Positions 13,329 to 26,345 of a stretch of 64,000 nucleotides of DNA are shown here, one piece after another. Within the stretch, counting starts at the first letter, position 1, and every line of letters begins with the position of its first letter. The notes under the pieces were generated by a model. It was not told the DNA's origin. It searched no databases and saw only the letters and a list, made by a program, of their open reading frames with translations. The position numbers were made by a program, and so were the translations under genes. Source of the DNA: Adineta vaga (lineage: Eukaryota; Animalia; Rotifera); contig CP075493.1 of assembly GCA_021613535.1 (NCBI GenBank), positions 9,486,001 to 9,550,000 of the forward strand. The letters are read 5' to 3'.

Positions 13329-15209
13329 TTAAAACCGTGCAATTGGTATAGATGAATATTTGAAAGAATTCGTTCGATGCAAATGTTGAGATTCATTTAG
13401 ATCTGATTGCATAGTTGTACTTCTTAACATATCAAGTACAGGTGTTTTTCTCAATCGAGAATCTAAAGTAATACCAATATTAATACGTGGACTTCGTCGT
13501 TGTTCATCAACTGTATTCAATAAATCACTATCATCAAATTCCCAATCAAATGTTGAATGTTGTCTGATTGTTCTATGAGTTGGTTGTTGTGGTTGTTGTT
13601 GTTGTGTAAGATTATTAGTTAATAATTGATCGGCTAATGGAACAGATTTTGGTCGCAATGTTCCTCCTGTCTTTATCTTCGATTGTTCAAATTGTGCTAT
13701 TAGATGTTTAACATTTTGTGAATGAATCGATGATTGATTTTTTAATAGAAATGTATTGAGATAACTAGTTGAAGATTGACTTGTTGAAGTTTCTGAATCT
13801 ACACGAGGTGAATCGACTTCATAAGAAACATCGTAATCATCATTATTGAATATCGATGATTGAAAATGTTGCGTTGATATAGGACGCGTTTGATTGAGTT
13901 TTTTAATACTATTCATTGATGAATAACATCGAGTAGTAAGATCTGTATTGAATATTCGTGGTTCACTTTCGTATAAAGACGGTTTCTGAGAAACATGTGA
14001 AAGTACTAAAAATAACAAATAGTTTTAATTGAATATCTATTAGTGAGTAAACAAGGTACGGTTTTCTGCTACGACAGCAATTATTCGATCTAATAGGGAC
14101 AAATTCTAACCTGTTCTTTGTTCTTGTTGTTGTTTTAATCGCGTATTAATTTCACTTTTAGTGGCTGATCGAACTGATATACTATTCGTTTTATAAGCAG
14201 AATTTTGATGAACTGTTCGTTTGATTTCATTCGATGATATTGAACTACACTGGCCTGAATCATTTGATGAATGACTTTGAACATCAATATCATTATTAAT
14301 TGGATTGATTTGAGACATATTTGACTTTAATAATTGTATTGAAGGATCACTACTGTCACCAAAACCACTGTCATTTGGATGAAGAAATGATTTGTTTAAT
14401 AATAAAGATTCTTTTGTATTAGATGATTTATGATGTAAACATAAATGAAGAAGATTTCCATCTGGATCATGAATATAATATTCAAATTTATTTATTGTAA
14501 ATAATTTTCTTGTATATTCGTGAAGAAAATGATTTAAATTATTTAATCGAAATTTTAAATAAGCACCTTGTGATATTGTATAAGATTCAATTGATGGTGA
14601 ATATTTAATAGAAAATTGATAGAGTATTTTTGGATGTGTGGATGATGATGACGACGAAGAAGAAGAAGATGGAAGATAGAATAGAGCAAAACCTGATTTA
14701 CTTGAATCAGGATGACGTTGAAATAAATGTTTATAAAATTTGATCATATTATCAAAATTTTTTGTAAAAATATTAAAACGAATAATAATTTGTCGATTAA
14801 AAGGAATATGTGAAATAGACCAGAGAGGTAATAAATGAGATAATTCATAATAATCTTGTCTTGCTAATATATGTCGATATTCATCAAGTAATTCAATTTT
14901 ATGATGAAAATTCCAAATATTAATCGATTTGAAAAATTCTTTTTTACTATGTTGTTTAAAAATGTCATCAGTAACGAAAATAACACAACTTAATGATTGA
15001 CATTGAATAGGATTTTTTGATCGTAATGTTGAACTTGTAAATGAACCAAAATAAGTACTTGGTTGAATCTGACGTTCGACAAAAAGAAAAGTTTGATCAG
15101 CTATAGAACATGAACGAAGTAAACTGGTGATAGCAGATGCAATCTCATCAGATTCATTACAACCAATTTTAAGAATAAGTTCACATGGAGATTGATGATC
15201 GTTGATCAT
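13329..15209 (-). CDS. FAM124: FAM124-like protein with long low-complexity C-terminus
   Basis: WNFHH, QDYYEL..LPLWSI, RFNIF...FDNMIKFY and DPDGNLL match recalled FAM124A/B motifs. The two ORFs join in phase 1 across 14006-14110. Confidence 0.75.
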
Positions 15210-16221
15210 CTAGAATGAAAAACAAATTCTTTACTAGCTCATCGTTTTATTTTCTATAGAATTTGATATAAGAACATAGTACTCATACGTCTGTATATAT
15301 GGACATAGAACTGATGCACTCGCAGACACGATCAAGTTTTGTTCATGATGCGTGATGCGATAATTGCAGACGGAGGGAATAGAGAATAAAAATGGGAGCT
15401 GTATGTTATAATGACGCGTCAGTAAATGGTAACACAAATGTTGCTTAGTCTCTTCTTGCTTGTTTATATTTGATCAGATTGAACAGTCATATCGATCTAA
15501 TTGTATGTAGGGAAAAAAAGATGCTACAAACTAGATTTTAACTGTCTCTCATATATGTATATAAATAAAATAACAAATTCTTTCTTTTTTTCTTCTTGTA
15601 TTTATTCAGTCTAGTACTCATAAATTGAAAAACGAATCTAAAATAAAAACAATCCTAGATTGAATTTCTTTGAATTCGTCAGAACTATGTTGTTTATCTA
15701 ACCTCAATTCTTTACATGAACGAATGATAAGTATAGCTTTGTCTCTATCACTTCTATTCGAAACATCACAAATTGATGTGATGAATCTTTAGAACAAATG
15801 ACAAGCAGATGATTCATGAATGAACAGGAGAAGGAGGAGGCGGAGGAGGAGAAAAAGATAAAGAAGGTCAATGATCATGTTCGTCATACTTATAATTATC
15901 AATGAACTCAAAAATTTTCCTATCTCGATCGATCGGAATATATCTATCATCTTAGTTAGATTGTATAAAATCGATCTTAACTAAAAGAAAATGACCTTCA
16001 TGTTTAATCAAGTCGTGTCTAGTTTACCAATCAGACATTTCGTTTCTTATGTTGCTTTAACTTACTTTACTGTGCTAAAGCACGCACATATTTAAAACAA
16101 GAACAATACCGTTTGTTCCTTTTCTATTACAGCTCAACTCATACTGGCACGGAACACTCGATTTTACTCAAGTGTACACGTATCGCTTCAAGAAACAAAG
16201 AGAAATGAAAGTGAAAGAGGT

Positions 16222-16242
16222 AGAGAGAGAGAGAGAGAGAGA
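16222..16242. repeat. (GA)n microsatellite; further GA tracts near 16849-16863 and 17061-17080
   Basis: Directly visible dinucleotide run. Confidence 0.85.
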
Positions 16243-17846
16243 AGGAAGAACGCAAACATCGCATCTGGTGGTCGTCATCCACATGATACCCTTCTTGTCA
16301 TTTTTACTCCAATTACTTTATCAAATAGCATCAAGACGACTGGTCAAGTATAACCATAAATGTAATCAAGACATATTTACACAATAGAAGAGATTTTAAC
16401 GACAAGGTTATTTGAACATATCAATTCAATTATTTTTATTTCAGCTTCAACATCAGATTGATTACACTATGTATTTAAATAGAAGTATTTAACATGTCTA
16501 AACGACATTTCTTTTTTTTTTCTTCATCGTTTTTTATTCATGAAGATTTATTGAACTGTATAATGTCCAACCTACCTTGATTGATTATTATTCATGCAAG
16601 TTGCTTGATTAGAAATCTATATTATTTACTGAACGATGCATCTCTTTTACAAGAGTAATATCCCATAACATTGTTGCATAAGTCTTCCAGTAAAAGGCAA
16701 ATGCGAATACACGTTTATGTCTGTTTGTTCCACCTGCCACTAATGCCTCTCCCTCCCTCTCGTTTTTGCTCTCATTTTTATGTAATACGTATATTCAAGA
16801 GAGTCGATCAGTCATCATCTCCATCATATGATGCATTTAACAGAAGAAAGAGAGAGAGAGAGAACATACTATTAACGCATAGTAACGACGTAAGTTTCTT
16901 TGTTCATAAAAACGAAAGAAAAAAAGGGTGTGGTAAAATACTTGAAAACTATAAATACAATTAAAATAATTGACACGATATCTAATAAACGTAGATTTCC
17001 ATTTAAATATATCGGAAAAGAAAACATTAAATCAAATATGTTCATTTCAGTATCACGAAAAGAGAGAGAGAGAGAAAGAGAAATCATCTTTGATCTTTCT
17101 ATTGTTATTGTTAATGTTTAGTTAAGGCTTCACAAATCGTTGAACATTATTCTATTGAATTTTGAATAACATACGATGAATCTCTTTTTCTTTTCCAATG
17201 ACACTTATAGACGAAAGAAGACCATATGTTTATTACATCATTCAATGTACAATAGAAAAAGTTAACTGACTTCAATCGAATCAATCATAAACAACTGTGC
17301 TTATCCTTCTTATCAGAAGAAAATGGAGAACACTTCTGATACTTGTAATTATTTGTCGAGAAGTTGGATCATTTCAAACATGAATACTTTCATAATCATG
17401 ACATTTTCAGAAGTTAAATTTATATTTTTATATTTGATCATATCATTTGTCAATTATTATGCTGCAGTTCCTTTTTTTTCTTCTTCTCTGACAAATTTAA
17501 AATATTTGATTCATATGAAGAAAAGGAACTCAAATGTTTAGAGTCAATATAATTATATGAAAATTTCTGGGGAAGGGGTTAAGATCATTATGAAAGTTGA
17601 TACTACTTGACTAATTTTTATTTATTTATATCAGATAAACATATATATATATATATATTAATCCTTATTCTAATAAAACATTAGTATTATCATCAAATAA
17701 TAAATCCTTCTGTTTAACAGAAAGAAAAACCTTGTGGAGAAATATTTGTATAGTATCAGAAGATTTACCATTTTTATGCATATATATATATATATATATG
17801 AAGAAAGTACCAAATAATCATTACGCTTTGATTTTGTCCATTGAAA

Positions 17847-20239
17847 ATGTTCAATACACGAATCAATTTAATTGTTCTAAGTATTTTTGCTTGTTTACTT
17901 GTACAAGTAACGAGTGATACGCAATCTCGTAAGAATTTTATCAAAATTAAACATTCAATTCGATCAATGATAGTTTTCTTTCTGTTTTTCTAGCTAATAT
18001 CGATGAAGATACGGGTTGTCCATTAAATGTCAATCATGTGTGTGATTTATGTGCTGCTGATCAAAATCGTTTAGGATGCTATTGTGAACTTGAGAGTGGA
18101 GATGAAATTGTTACTGCTAGCATTTTTACTCCATGTCCAGCTGGTGAGAATGTGAAGATAGATCTAATCAATATTCTTTTTTCTTTTGTTCCATAGACAT
18201 TGTCGATCCATGTAACAATAATTCATGTAAAAATGGTGCAGCATGTGTTCGTGATGGTTTAGCAAGTTATAAATGTAACTGTACGGCTGGTTTTGGTGGA
18301 CAACTTTGTAATGAAACATTACCAAGTATGAAAATTATTTCGGAATGAAAGAAACAAAATAAAATTTGATTATTGAATTGTTTAATAGAATGTGCAGATG
18401 CAAATATTCGATGTCCAAATGCTGAATGTATTGAAACAGCTAATACCAATATACCTGTTTATTGTCAATGTTATGATGGAACACGACGTGATCCACGAAC
18501 GAATGATACATGTCCATTGAGTTAGTTATTTTAAAATTCAATCAGTAGAGAAATATTTATATTTTCTTAATAGGTCCATGTTATGAGAGAGATAGTGAAG
18601 TATCTGTATGTAAAAATAATGGTACATGTCGAATTTTTAACAATGCACCTATCTGTGAATGTACTGGAGGTTTTGCTGGACAAAATTGTACAAAAGCACT
18701 ACGAAGTAGATCGAAATTTGTTTTCTTCATAAATGATATTTTGAATGAATTTCAATACGATTTTTTAGGACCACTTTGCGAACAATTTCCAAATGTTTGT
18801 GGAGAAGGTAGATGTCAACAATCAATAACACCACCGTTTTATACATGTAATTGCGGTAATCATCCAAATACATTCGGTAAAAATATCAGTGAATTAACAA
18901 AATGTGAAGAAAGTAAGAGAATATTTTATTCGAACAAATTTTGCTTGAAATCAATAGAATAGGTGGTTGTTATTCAACGAATCCCTGTCAAAATGGTGGA
19001 ACATGTAGTAATAAAGGCAAAGGAGCCTTTATTTGTCAATGTTCATCACGTTTTACTGGTCTTAAATGTGAAAAAAATTGTAAGATACGATTTCAAGAAA
19101 GAAAAAAAATCATTTATTGACAAAAGGATGTCCTTTTTTGTGTTTATTGCAGCCGCTTGTTTTAGTAATCCATGTTTAAATAGAGGAGTTTGTGAAGCAT
19201 TCAATGAAACAGCCTTCTTCTGTACTTGTCCACCATATTTCACTGGTCAAAGATGTGATGTACCTGTCCCTGGTAGGAGAAGATTTTCTTCTAACATTTA
19301 TTTCGCTAAAACTTGCAAGTTGCATTTAGATCCATGTCTTGGAAAGAATTGTGGTCCTTATGGAGTATGTCGTGATATTCGTGGTAGTGGTGTATGTGAA
19401 TGTAGTGATGGATTTCATCATGATAACTCGCCCTGTCAAAGTAAATATTCAATGAACTTTTCGGATGAAAGTTTTACTTAATAATTGTTTAATTAAGATC
19501 CATGTTTGAATAAAACTTGTGCTCCAGGTGTTTGTACACAAAAGAAAAATGCTACTTATCAAGCTATTTGTTCATGCCCTGTATATCGTAAAGGAGATTC
19601 ATGTGAATTACCAAATGGTATAGTTGTTAATCTGATGAAAAGATCAATTGATGTATATATAATACATTTCATTCAACTATTTAGATATATGTCGACAAAC
19701 TCCACCATGTGGTGGTGGTTATTGTAAACCAAATTATGCATCTGTTCGTGGTTATTCATGTGTTTGTGAAGGAGGCGTTGTTAAAACAGAACCATGTCCA
19801 TTTTCAAAAAGTGAATTTTATTTTCTATAGAACAACTAAAGATCAACGTGAACTTGTTCTTTTTTTTTTATTGATTTTCAGCTTGTGCAATTAAAGATTG
19901 TGGCATGCAAGGTGTTTGTGTAGAAACCGATGGTATTATTGTACCACCTAGTAATAGACCAATCTATTACGTTTGTTCTTGTAAGAACGGATACATCAGT
20001 TCCGGAAATTGTGATGGTAAGATTTCAAGAGAGTAGGGTATGAGAAAATAAATCGATTCAATCCTTTCTCTTTGATTAGATGTACTGGCCCACAAATGTT
20101 AACAGCCAACTCACGTTGTGGACCAGAAGGTGCAGCATATCCAAGTCGTAATCCAAATAATCCATTTGGCTGTTGGTGTAATAATGGTACACACATACCA
20201 GAAATTGAAGAAGATGGTCCAGCACAATATTGTGTTTAA
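17847..20239 (+). CDS. Secreted multi-EGF-repeat protein (about 10 EGF modules plus Cys-rich end modules)
   Basis: Signal peptide MFNTRINLIVLSIFACLLVQVTS. Successive small exons encode e.g. PCNNNSCKNGAAC..YKCNCTAGFGGQLC, NPCQNGGTC..CQCSSRFTGLKC, NPCLNRGVC..CTCPPYFTGQRC. Mostly phase-1 introns; no TM before the stop at 20239; AATAAA follows. Confidence 0.85.
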
Positions 20240-20458
20240 ATCAAGATTTTCTTCGAATACACTGACATAATAATGATCATTTTATTAACACATAATAAAT
20301 AAACTTCTGTAATTTTCGAAATTATTTCGAATATCTTGATTGACCGCAAAAGAGAATTATTCTGATAAAACAAAAATGTCTGTGAATTTATTTCGTTAAC
20401 AAAAAATGTAAAACAGAATCAAAACGGAATGTTCAATAACTATTCTTTTGATTGTCAA

Positions 20459-21953
20459 TTAAAAACGTGTGCGAATCCATTTATCAAGTTTACTATTAAA
20501 TAGCTTTTCTTTGAGACCTTTACGAAAATTTCGCGTACACCAGAATCCCATGATCATTGAAATAATATGAGCAAGAAGATTTGCTGATATACACACATAA
20601 AGTACATGAAGGATTGGTACTAAATCTACAGGAGGTTTTGCTGTCGTTGTACTTGACATTGTTGTTGCTGTTGTTGTTGAATAAGGAGATATGTCGATAG
20701 AATGTTCCACTGTCTATAATAATTCAGATTCCGATCAAGTTTTCAAAAAACATATAAAATCAAAACATACGGTATAAAGACTATAACCCAAAAAGCCCAG
20801 TTGATATAATGAAAGTACATAAAACACAAAAACTAATTTATAATTTTCTAAACGAACCTACATAAAAAAATAAAAGGCAATTTTAAAACATATCTTTGCA
20901 TATATCTTACCATACCAATACCCACACCTAGCCATAATAATGTCAATGGAATACCAATACTAAGAAAAGCAGTATCTAACTGTTTGTATCCCGTATAATT
21001 GTATAAATTAAGTATTAGTGATGAAATCTTCATGAATAATAGATTATTACAGTTATAAAACTTATGCAACGAAAACTTACCGAAAGCATTGTAGTAAGAC
21101 GCATGACACAATCAAATGTATTATAGATTCGTAATGGACGACGTTCTTCTGTGAATGCTCCGAAGAGGCTATAAAAAAGTTTGATATTATTATTTTCTTA
21201 CTAAAATCAAAGAAAATCAACCGTTTAGAAAATTCATCTCGTTGATAATCTTTAATTACAACGATTGTCAAAGGAATAAAGCAAATATTAAATACAATGG
21301 TAAATATCAATCGAGCCTAGAAGAAGAACGATCTAGTAGAATTTCTTATGAAAAATATACAAATATTTACTAGTCGAATTTCTGGTTGAGTATCACGTGT
21401 ATCTGAAGGTCGATTTCTCCTAGCAACATAATGTGCAATAACATAGATAGTTAAAATAACAGCACTGATAAAAAACGCGACAATATCACTAATACGTTGA
21501 TAAAAGATGCCAGTGATTAGAAATAGAAGAAGAAAAACTAAATAAAATCATATGGTATCATATGTGTTGTAAAGTAGTTTATTTTACCAGAATGAACAAG
21601 AATTAAAATACCATAGGCTACTTCTGGATCAATTAATGAACCACCTATGCTGATAAGACGAGCAATAGTTAAACCATCGGTAACCAATGCAGCAAGAATA
21701 CCAAGAGTAAGAAATGTATATTCATACCAACGAATATTTCTCAAACTACGATGCTGTAAAAATAAGAATAGAAAAATAAAAACAAAATTTACAATATTTT
21801 ATCTGTTACTGTTCCGAGAAAACCACTTTCATCAATTGCACTTTCAGCAGAAATCTTTAAACCACCTGAAAATATTGTTGTTCGTCCTGACTACAAATTC
21901 GAAAAAAAATCTATATTCAATCAGTTTTTTCGATTTTGTTACATTACATCCAT
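20459..21953 (-). CDS. Multipass (about 7-8 TM) membrane protein, possibly UPF0658-like
   Basis: Spliced model MD|SGRTTIFSGG...|HRSLRNIRWYEY... with many hydrophobic segments; ends ...MIMGFWCTRNFRKGLKEKLF. Confidence 0.7.
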
Positions 21954-22601
21954 GTATTCTCTTTGATTGTTGACGTTCTGTAGTATAAGACACTATCAAG
22001 ACTCAACTAGTTTATCTATTGACAAACAATAAAAATGAAAAAAAAAAGAGAGAAAGGTTTGCATTTCATTTTTTATCTCTACTGTAGGTCAAAAATCAAA
22101 TCGAATGATAAAGTGTGCATAAATAAGACCATGGAACAAACTGGTATATTCCAAAAGTAACGGAATAGAATCATACGTAAATAATGATCAGTCGTTGCAT
22201 GAAAAATCTATTCTTATCGTTGTAATATTAATTAACGTCAAAATAACAAATAACAGTTGTTTTCCAGATATTTTTTTTTAATTGACTGTAAAAAACGAGT
22301 AATCATACGTTGATTAATTTGCAGCATAACACTTCACATCTTTTTTACTCCATCAAACTGATAATTATTAAGGATTCATGCATCGTTGTCGCTCGTTATT
22401 TCAAATTGATATTTTTCAGCATAAGTTCAGTAGAGAAAAGAGTGCACTTGTATGAAAATATAAGTCAATTAGTTTGACATAACGTTTCCGAGAAGCAATT
22501 TTTTTCAAATATAATTATTTAGATGTACGTAAGTACATTCTCAAACAAGGATTTTACTTTTATTACAGATGAAAATACTAACAACAAAACAAGAGAAATA
22601 A

Positions 22602-23705
22602 TTAAAATTCTGTTTGTTGGACATTGCTTTTCGATAATAGAATAAGAGTTTTGTGTTTTGAGCTCAGTTTTGGTGTATAACAAGCAGCATATTTCTTATG
22701 ATCAAAACTTGTTGACGTAAGACTAGATCGATGACATCGACATTTACAAAGAGAATATAATGCATAACGAAAACGACGTCCACTTAAACAATAAATAAGA
22801 AAATTTGTACAAAAATTCAAATCTTTTAATAGTTCACAAAATGAACGAATGATTATATAGATTTCAAACGCTTTCTGCGTAAAACATAAATGAAATGGTA
22901 AACCCCATCTTGCAATAATATCTACAATTGTAAATGGAACAAAATCAATAATAAACATTACTGTAACAATTAATAACATAAGTGTTAATTGATTTTCATT
23001 GAATTTAATCCGACGTTTTTGATGAAACGAACTATTTTCTACTAAACCGTTTCGTCGAAGAAATGCTCGTTTTACTGTACATACAGTCAATAAATTACCA
23101 ATAATAACAATCGTTAATGGAATATAACAATAACAAAATTCCGTTATTGTCTTATTTATATTTCTGTACGAAGCCCAATTTACTTTTGGATGACAACGTT
23201 TCGTTTGTTTGATTGATTGATCAATAGGTATAATTAAAATTCGTGCAGAAAATAGAATTGCTAATGTTGCTATAATGCAAATTGTAATTCGAGCACGATA
23301 AGCAGAAACAAATTTCTTTCGATGAAATGGAAAAAGAACTACAGATGTACGTTCAATTGTTATAGCAACAATTGTCCATATAGATAAAAGTACAGTAGCT
23401 TCACCGCATGAAATTAATATCGTACAAAATGATGGATAGTAATATTTGGATGTTTTATTTTGATAGGAAAGAAATTTAAATAAAAGAACTAATGTATCCG
23501 AAATAGCTAAGGATTTAACATAGACAGAAAATGATGAACGATTCAAATGAGAATTCGTTAGAATAACAAGTAATGTTAAAGAATTGCCAGCAAATGCTAA
23601 TAATGGTAAGATATATATTGATATATGACTTGTTGCTTGTGCAAATTGATAGGCTGTAATATTTTCAAATATTATAACATTTGGTTCACATAAAAATTGA
23701 TTCAT
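22602..23705 (-). CDS. Rhodopsin-family GPCR, invertebrate peptide (FMRFamide/thyrotropin-releasing-hormone receptor-like) group
   Basis: 367 aa single coding exon; GN in TM1, LAISD in TM2, TIER, IP in TM5, NFLIYCLSGRRFR in TM7/helix 8. Confidence 0.9.
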   Translation of the reverse strand: MNQFLCEPNVIIFENITAYQFAQATSHISIYILPLLAFAGNSLTLLVILTNSHLNRSSFSVYVKSLAISDTLVLLFKFLSYQNKTSKYYYPSFCTILISCGEATVLLSIWTIVAITIERTSVVLFPFHRKKFVSAYRARITICIIATLAILFSARILIIPIDQSIKQTKRCHPKVNWASYRNINKTITEFCYCYIPLTIVIIGNLLTVCTVKRAFLRRNGLVENSSFHQKRRIKFNENQLTLMLLIVTVMFIIDFVPFTIVDIIARWGLPFHLCFTQKAFEIYIIIRSFCELLKDLNFCTNFLIYCLSGRRFRYALYSLCKCRCHRSSLTSTSFDHKKYAACYTPKLSSKHKTLILLSKSNVQQTEF

Positions 23706-26345
23706 CTAGAAGAAAGCAAAATTGTTGTTTAGATAGAAGAAAAAAGCATCTTTTACGATCTGTTCGATTATAAAATCTCAAGGATTCATTTAACAAATTC
23801 ATCACATGAAATAGAATACTCATAAGTACCTTTTTAACCACTCTATGTCATCATTGTATATGTTCTTTTTAAAATGCACGCAAATCGCTACTTATTGAAT
23901 GTGCAACAGAGAATATAGACAATGAAATAAAACTATCTTTACTATATTATTACAATGTAGATTGGGGCAACGAATTCTTGCAAATAATTTACCTATATAA
24001 TTAAAGAATTTTTTTTGCTTCGAGAAGTCGTACTATTGTATTCTGAAAATAAGAGGGAAAAGGTAGTAATCATCATACCATGCTTCTCATTCATTATTAT
24101 AATGAAATATTTAGATGACGTTGATATTTCGTGACAGAATCATTCAAAAATGTCAATTGAATAGTTCAAAGAATAGAAACCACACTAAATATATAGAATG
24201 AAAGAAAAAAAAATCATTACATTTATTTGAAAACTTTCTTGAAACTAATTTATATTTAAGAGTATTCAATCGAAGAAGTTGACTTTAGACTATCTAATGA
24301 ACAGAATAAAACAAGAAAGTTTCCATCTTGATGAGAACGATATTTTATGCTCAATCAGCCCACACAGAACGGAGAATGATCTAAATAAGAAAAGCTGAGT
24401 AATTGAAGACAACATTTGCCAATTATTTTCTGTAGCTGAATACTACAAAGGGAAAGAAAAAGGAAAAGGATTTTTTGTATTCATGAAAGCATGAACTCAA
24501 TATTCTGCGCAAAACTAGGTAGAAAACTTTTCTTTGTCCTCATGAAGCGTGATCAAAATGAGATTTTATTGATTCGTTAATATGTTGAGGAGGGAAGATC
24601 TCTGAAAATTCAAGTGCAAACCGAAATACTTGCCTGAATGAGAATGCAAATGAAACAATATATCGAGAACGGTTGAATGAATTGAGGTGAAATTTTGTTC
24701 AGACGTATATCTGAGTATCATCTACTTGTCATCAGAGTGTTGTCCTAATATTAAAAAATCTAGTTGCTTAATGATTTATTGACAATGAAAACTGATATTT
24801 GTATGAAAGAAAGCTAAATCAGTGCGTAGACGAACGTGCTTTGCCTTTTTTCTATCGTAAGTTTGTTTGTTAGTCCAGTTGACGAAGTTAATTTAGAAAT
24901 CATTTGAAGTGTCCTATACTTATGTTACATATGATTTCGCGTCCTTAATGAATTACATTGAACAAAATAATTTTTTTAAAATTTTAATACGTTTCTAAAT
25001 CAGTTATTCAAATCATTTTCGTTGGTAATAACGGTTCAGTGTACGGGGAAAATCAGAGATGGGCGTCAAAAATGATGTGACTATATACTGAAGCTGAAAT
25101 ATTTTAGGAATCAAATAGAAGAAATATGACCGAAATATTGATATCATCGTTATTAGCAACAATCATAACAGTCCATTAGGAAGTTGTCAACAACTTATGC
25201 AATGTTATTGTACATATGGTTTGTATAATTTCATTTATCATATTTCCTACAGAAAACAATGAAAATTGAATCATATTTGTTAGATAACAAATGAGAAAGT
25301 TATGGTACATTTGTCTATTATTAGAATTGTTTACTTCGAAGAAATATTTATTGGCTTAATTCGGGAATGTATTAGTTCTCGAAGTGCAAAGTAAAATCGA
25401 GATGAAAAATGAAAGAAAACTCTCTTTCGTCCAATCTATGTACTTTCACTAATCATCTAAACGTAATTCCAAGTTAAAATGATAAGATATTTTTCCTGGT
25501 AGGGAAATGAAATAGTATGTTTTTTTGTACTTTCATAACTTACGAGAAAATCTAATATTTCAGATGAAAACCTACACAGGATAAACTGTTATAATGTATC
25601 AGTTTCTTCGAATAGAAAAGAAACGCAGATTATCACGGTATATTGTTTGATACAATAGTTGATCTTAAATATTCGATGAAGTAAATAAAAGAAAAAAGAG
25701 TGAGAATCAGCTAATTAATTATAGATATTGAATATATTTATTTGGAGTAAAACGAGAACCTCTTATTAAATAACTTGAGATAGATTACTTTTGTGCTTGA
25801 CGGAAGAATTAATACAATAAACAATAATGAATAGCACTGCTACTTTCTTTAGTTTAAAGGAACATTCATATATAACCTTTCATGGCATGTTCAGTTCATA
25901 TAAGTGTTAATATCAAAGAAGAGAATTAAAATAAAAAATTCATGTATTCATATTTAATCAATAGAGAACGCAGAGTAAGTGAATAAATAATTCTCTTGCT
26001 ATTCTCTGGAGACTTTTACAACATTCATTCGTTGTCGCTCATACTAATCAATATAACTTGAATGAATTAACTAGATGTTCCACTTATACAATAGATATTT
26101 AACTGATTTGGATTATATAATCTTAAGATTTTAATTGGGTTCATACGTATCATGTTTTTGACTTCTTATCAAAAACAACTAAAATCATTTAATTGTTATC
26201 AGACATGAGTACATTCTAAAATAAAATGAAGAGGTCTCGAGTTTTCTTGACTGTACTCTTGAAAGGTTCTTAACTCTATTATGAAATTATTTATTATTAG
26301 GAAGTTTCAATTAAAAAAGGAAACATTCTCCTCTTTAGTTTCTTT

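Noticed and set aside
24540-25320. Slightly GC-richer patches, a CAGTG-starting segment and exon-like fragments between the GPCR and GH27 genes
   Set aside because: No matching inverted terminus, target duplication or transposase motif; stops in all plausible splice frames.
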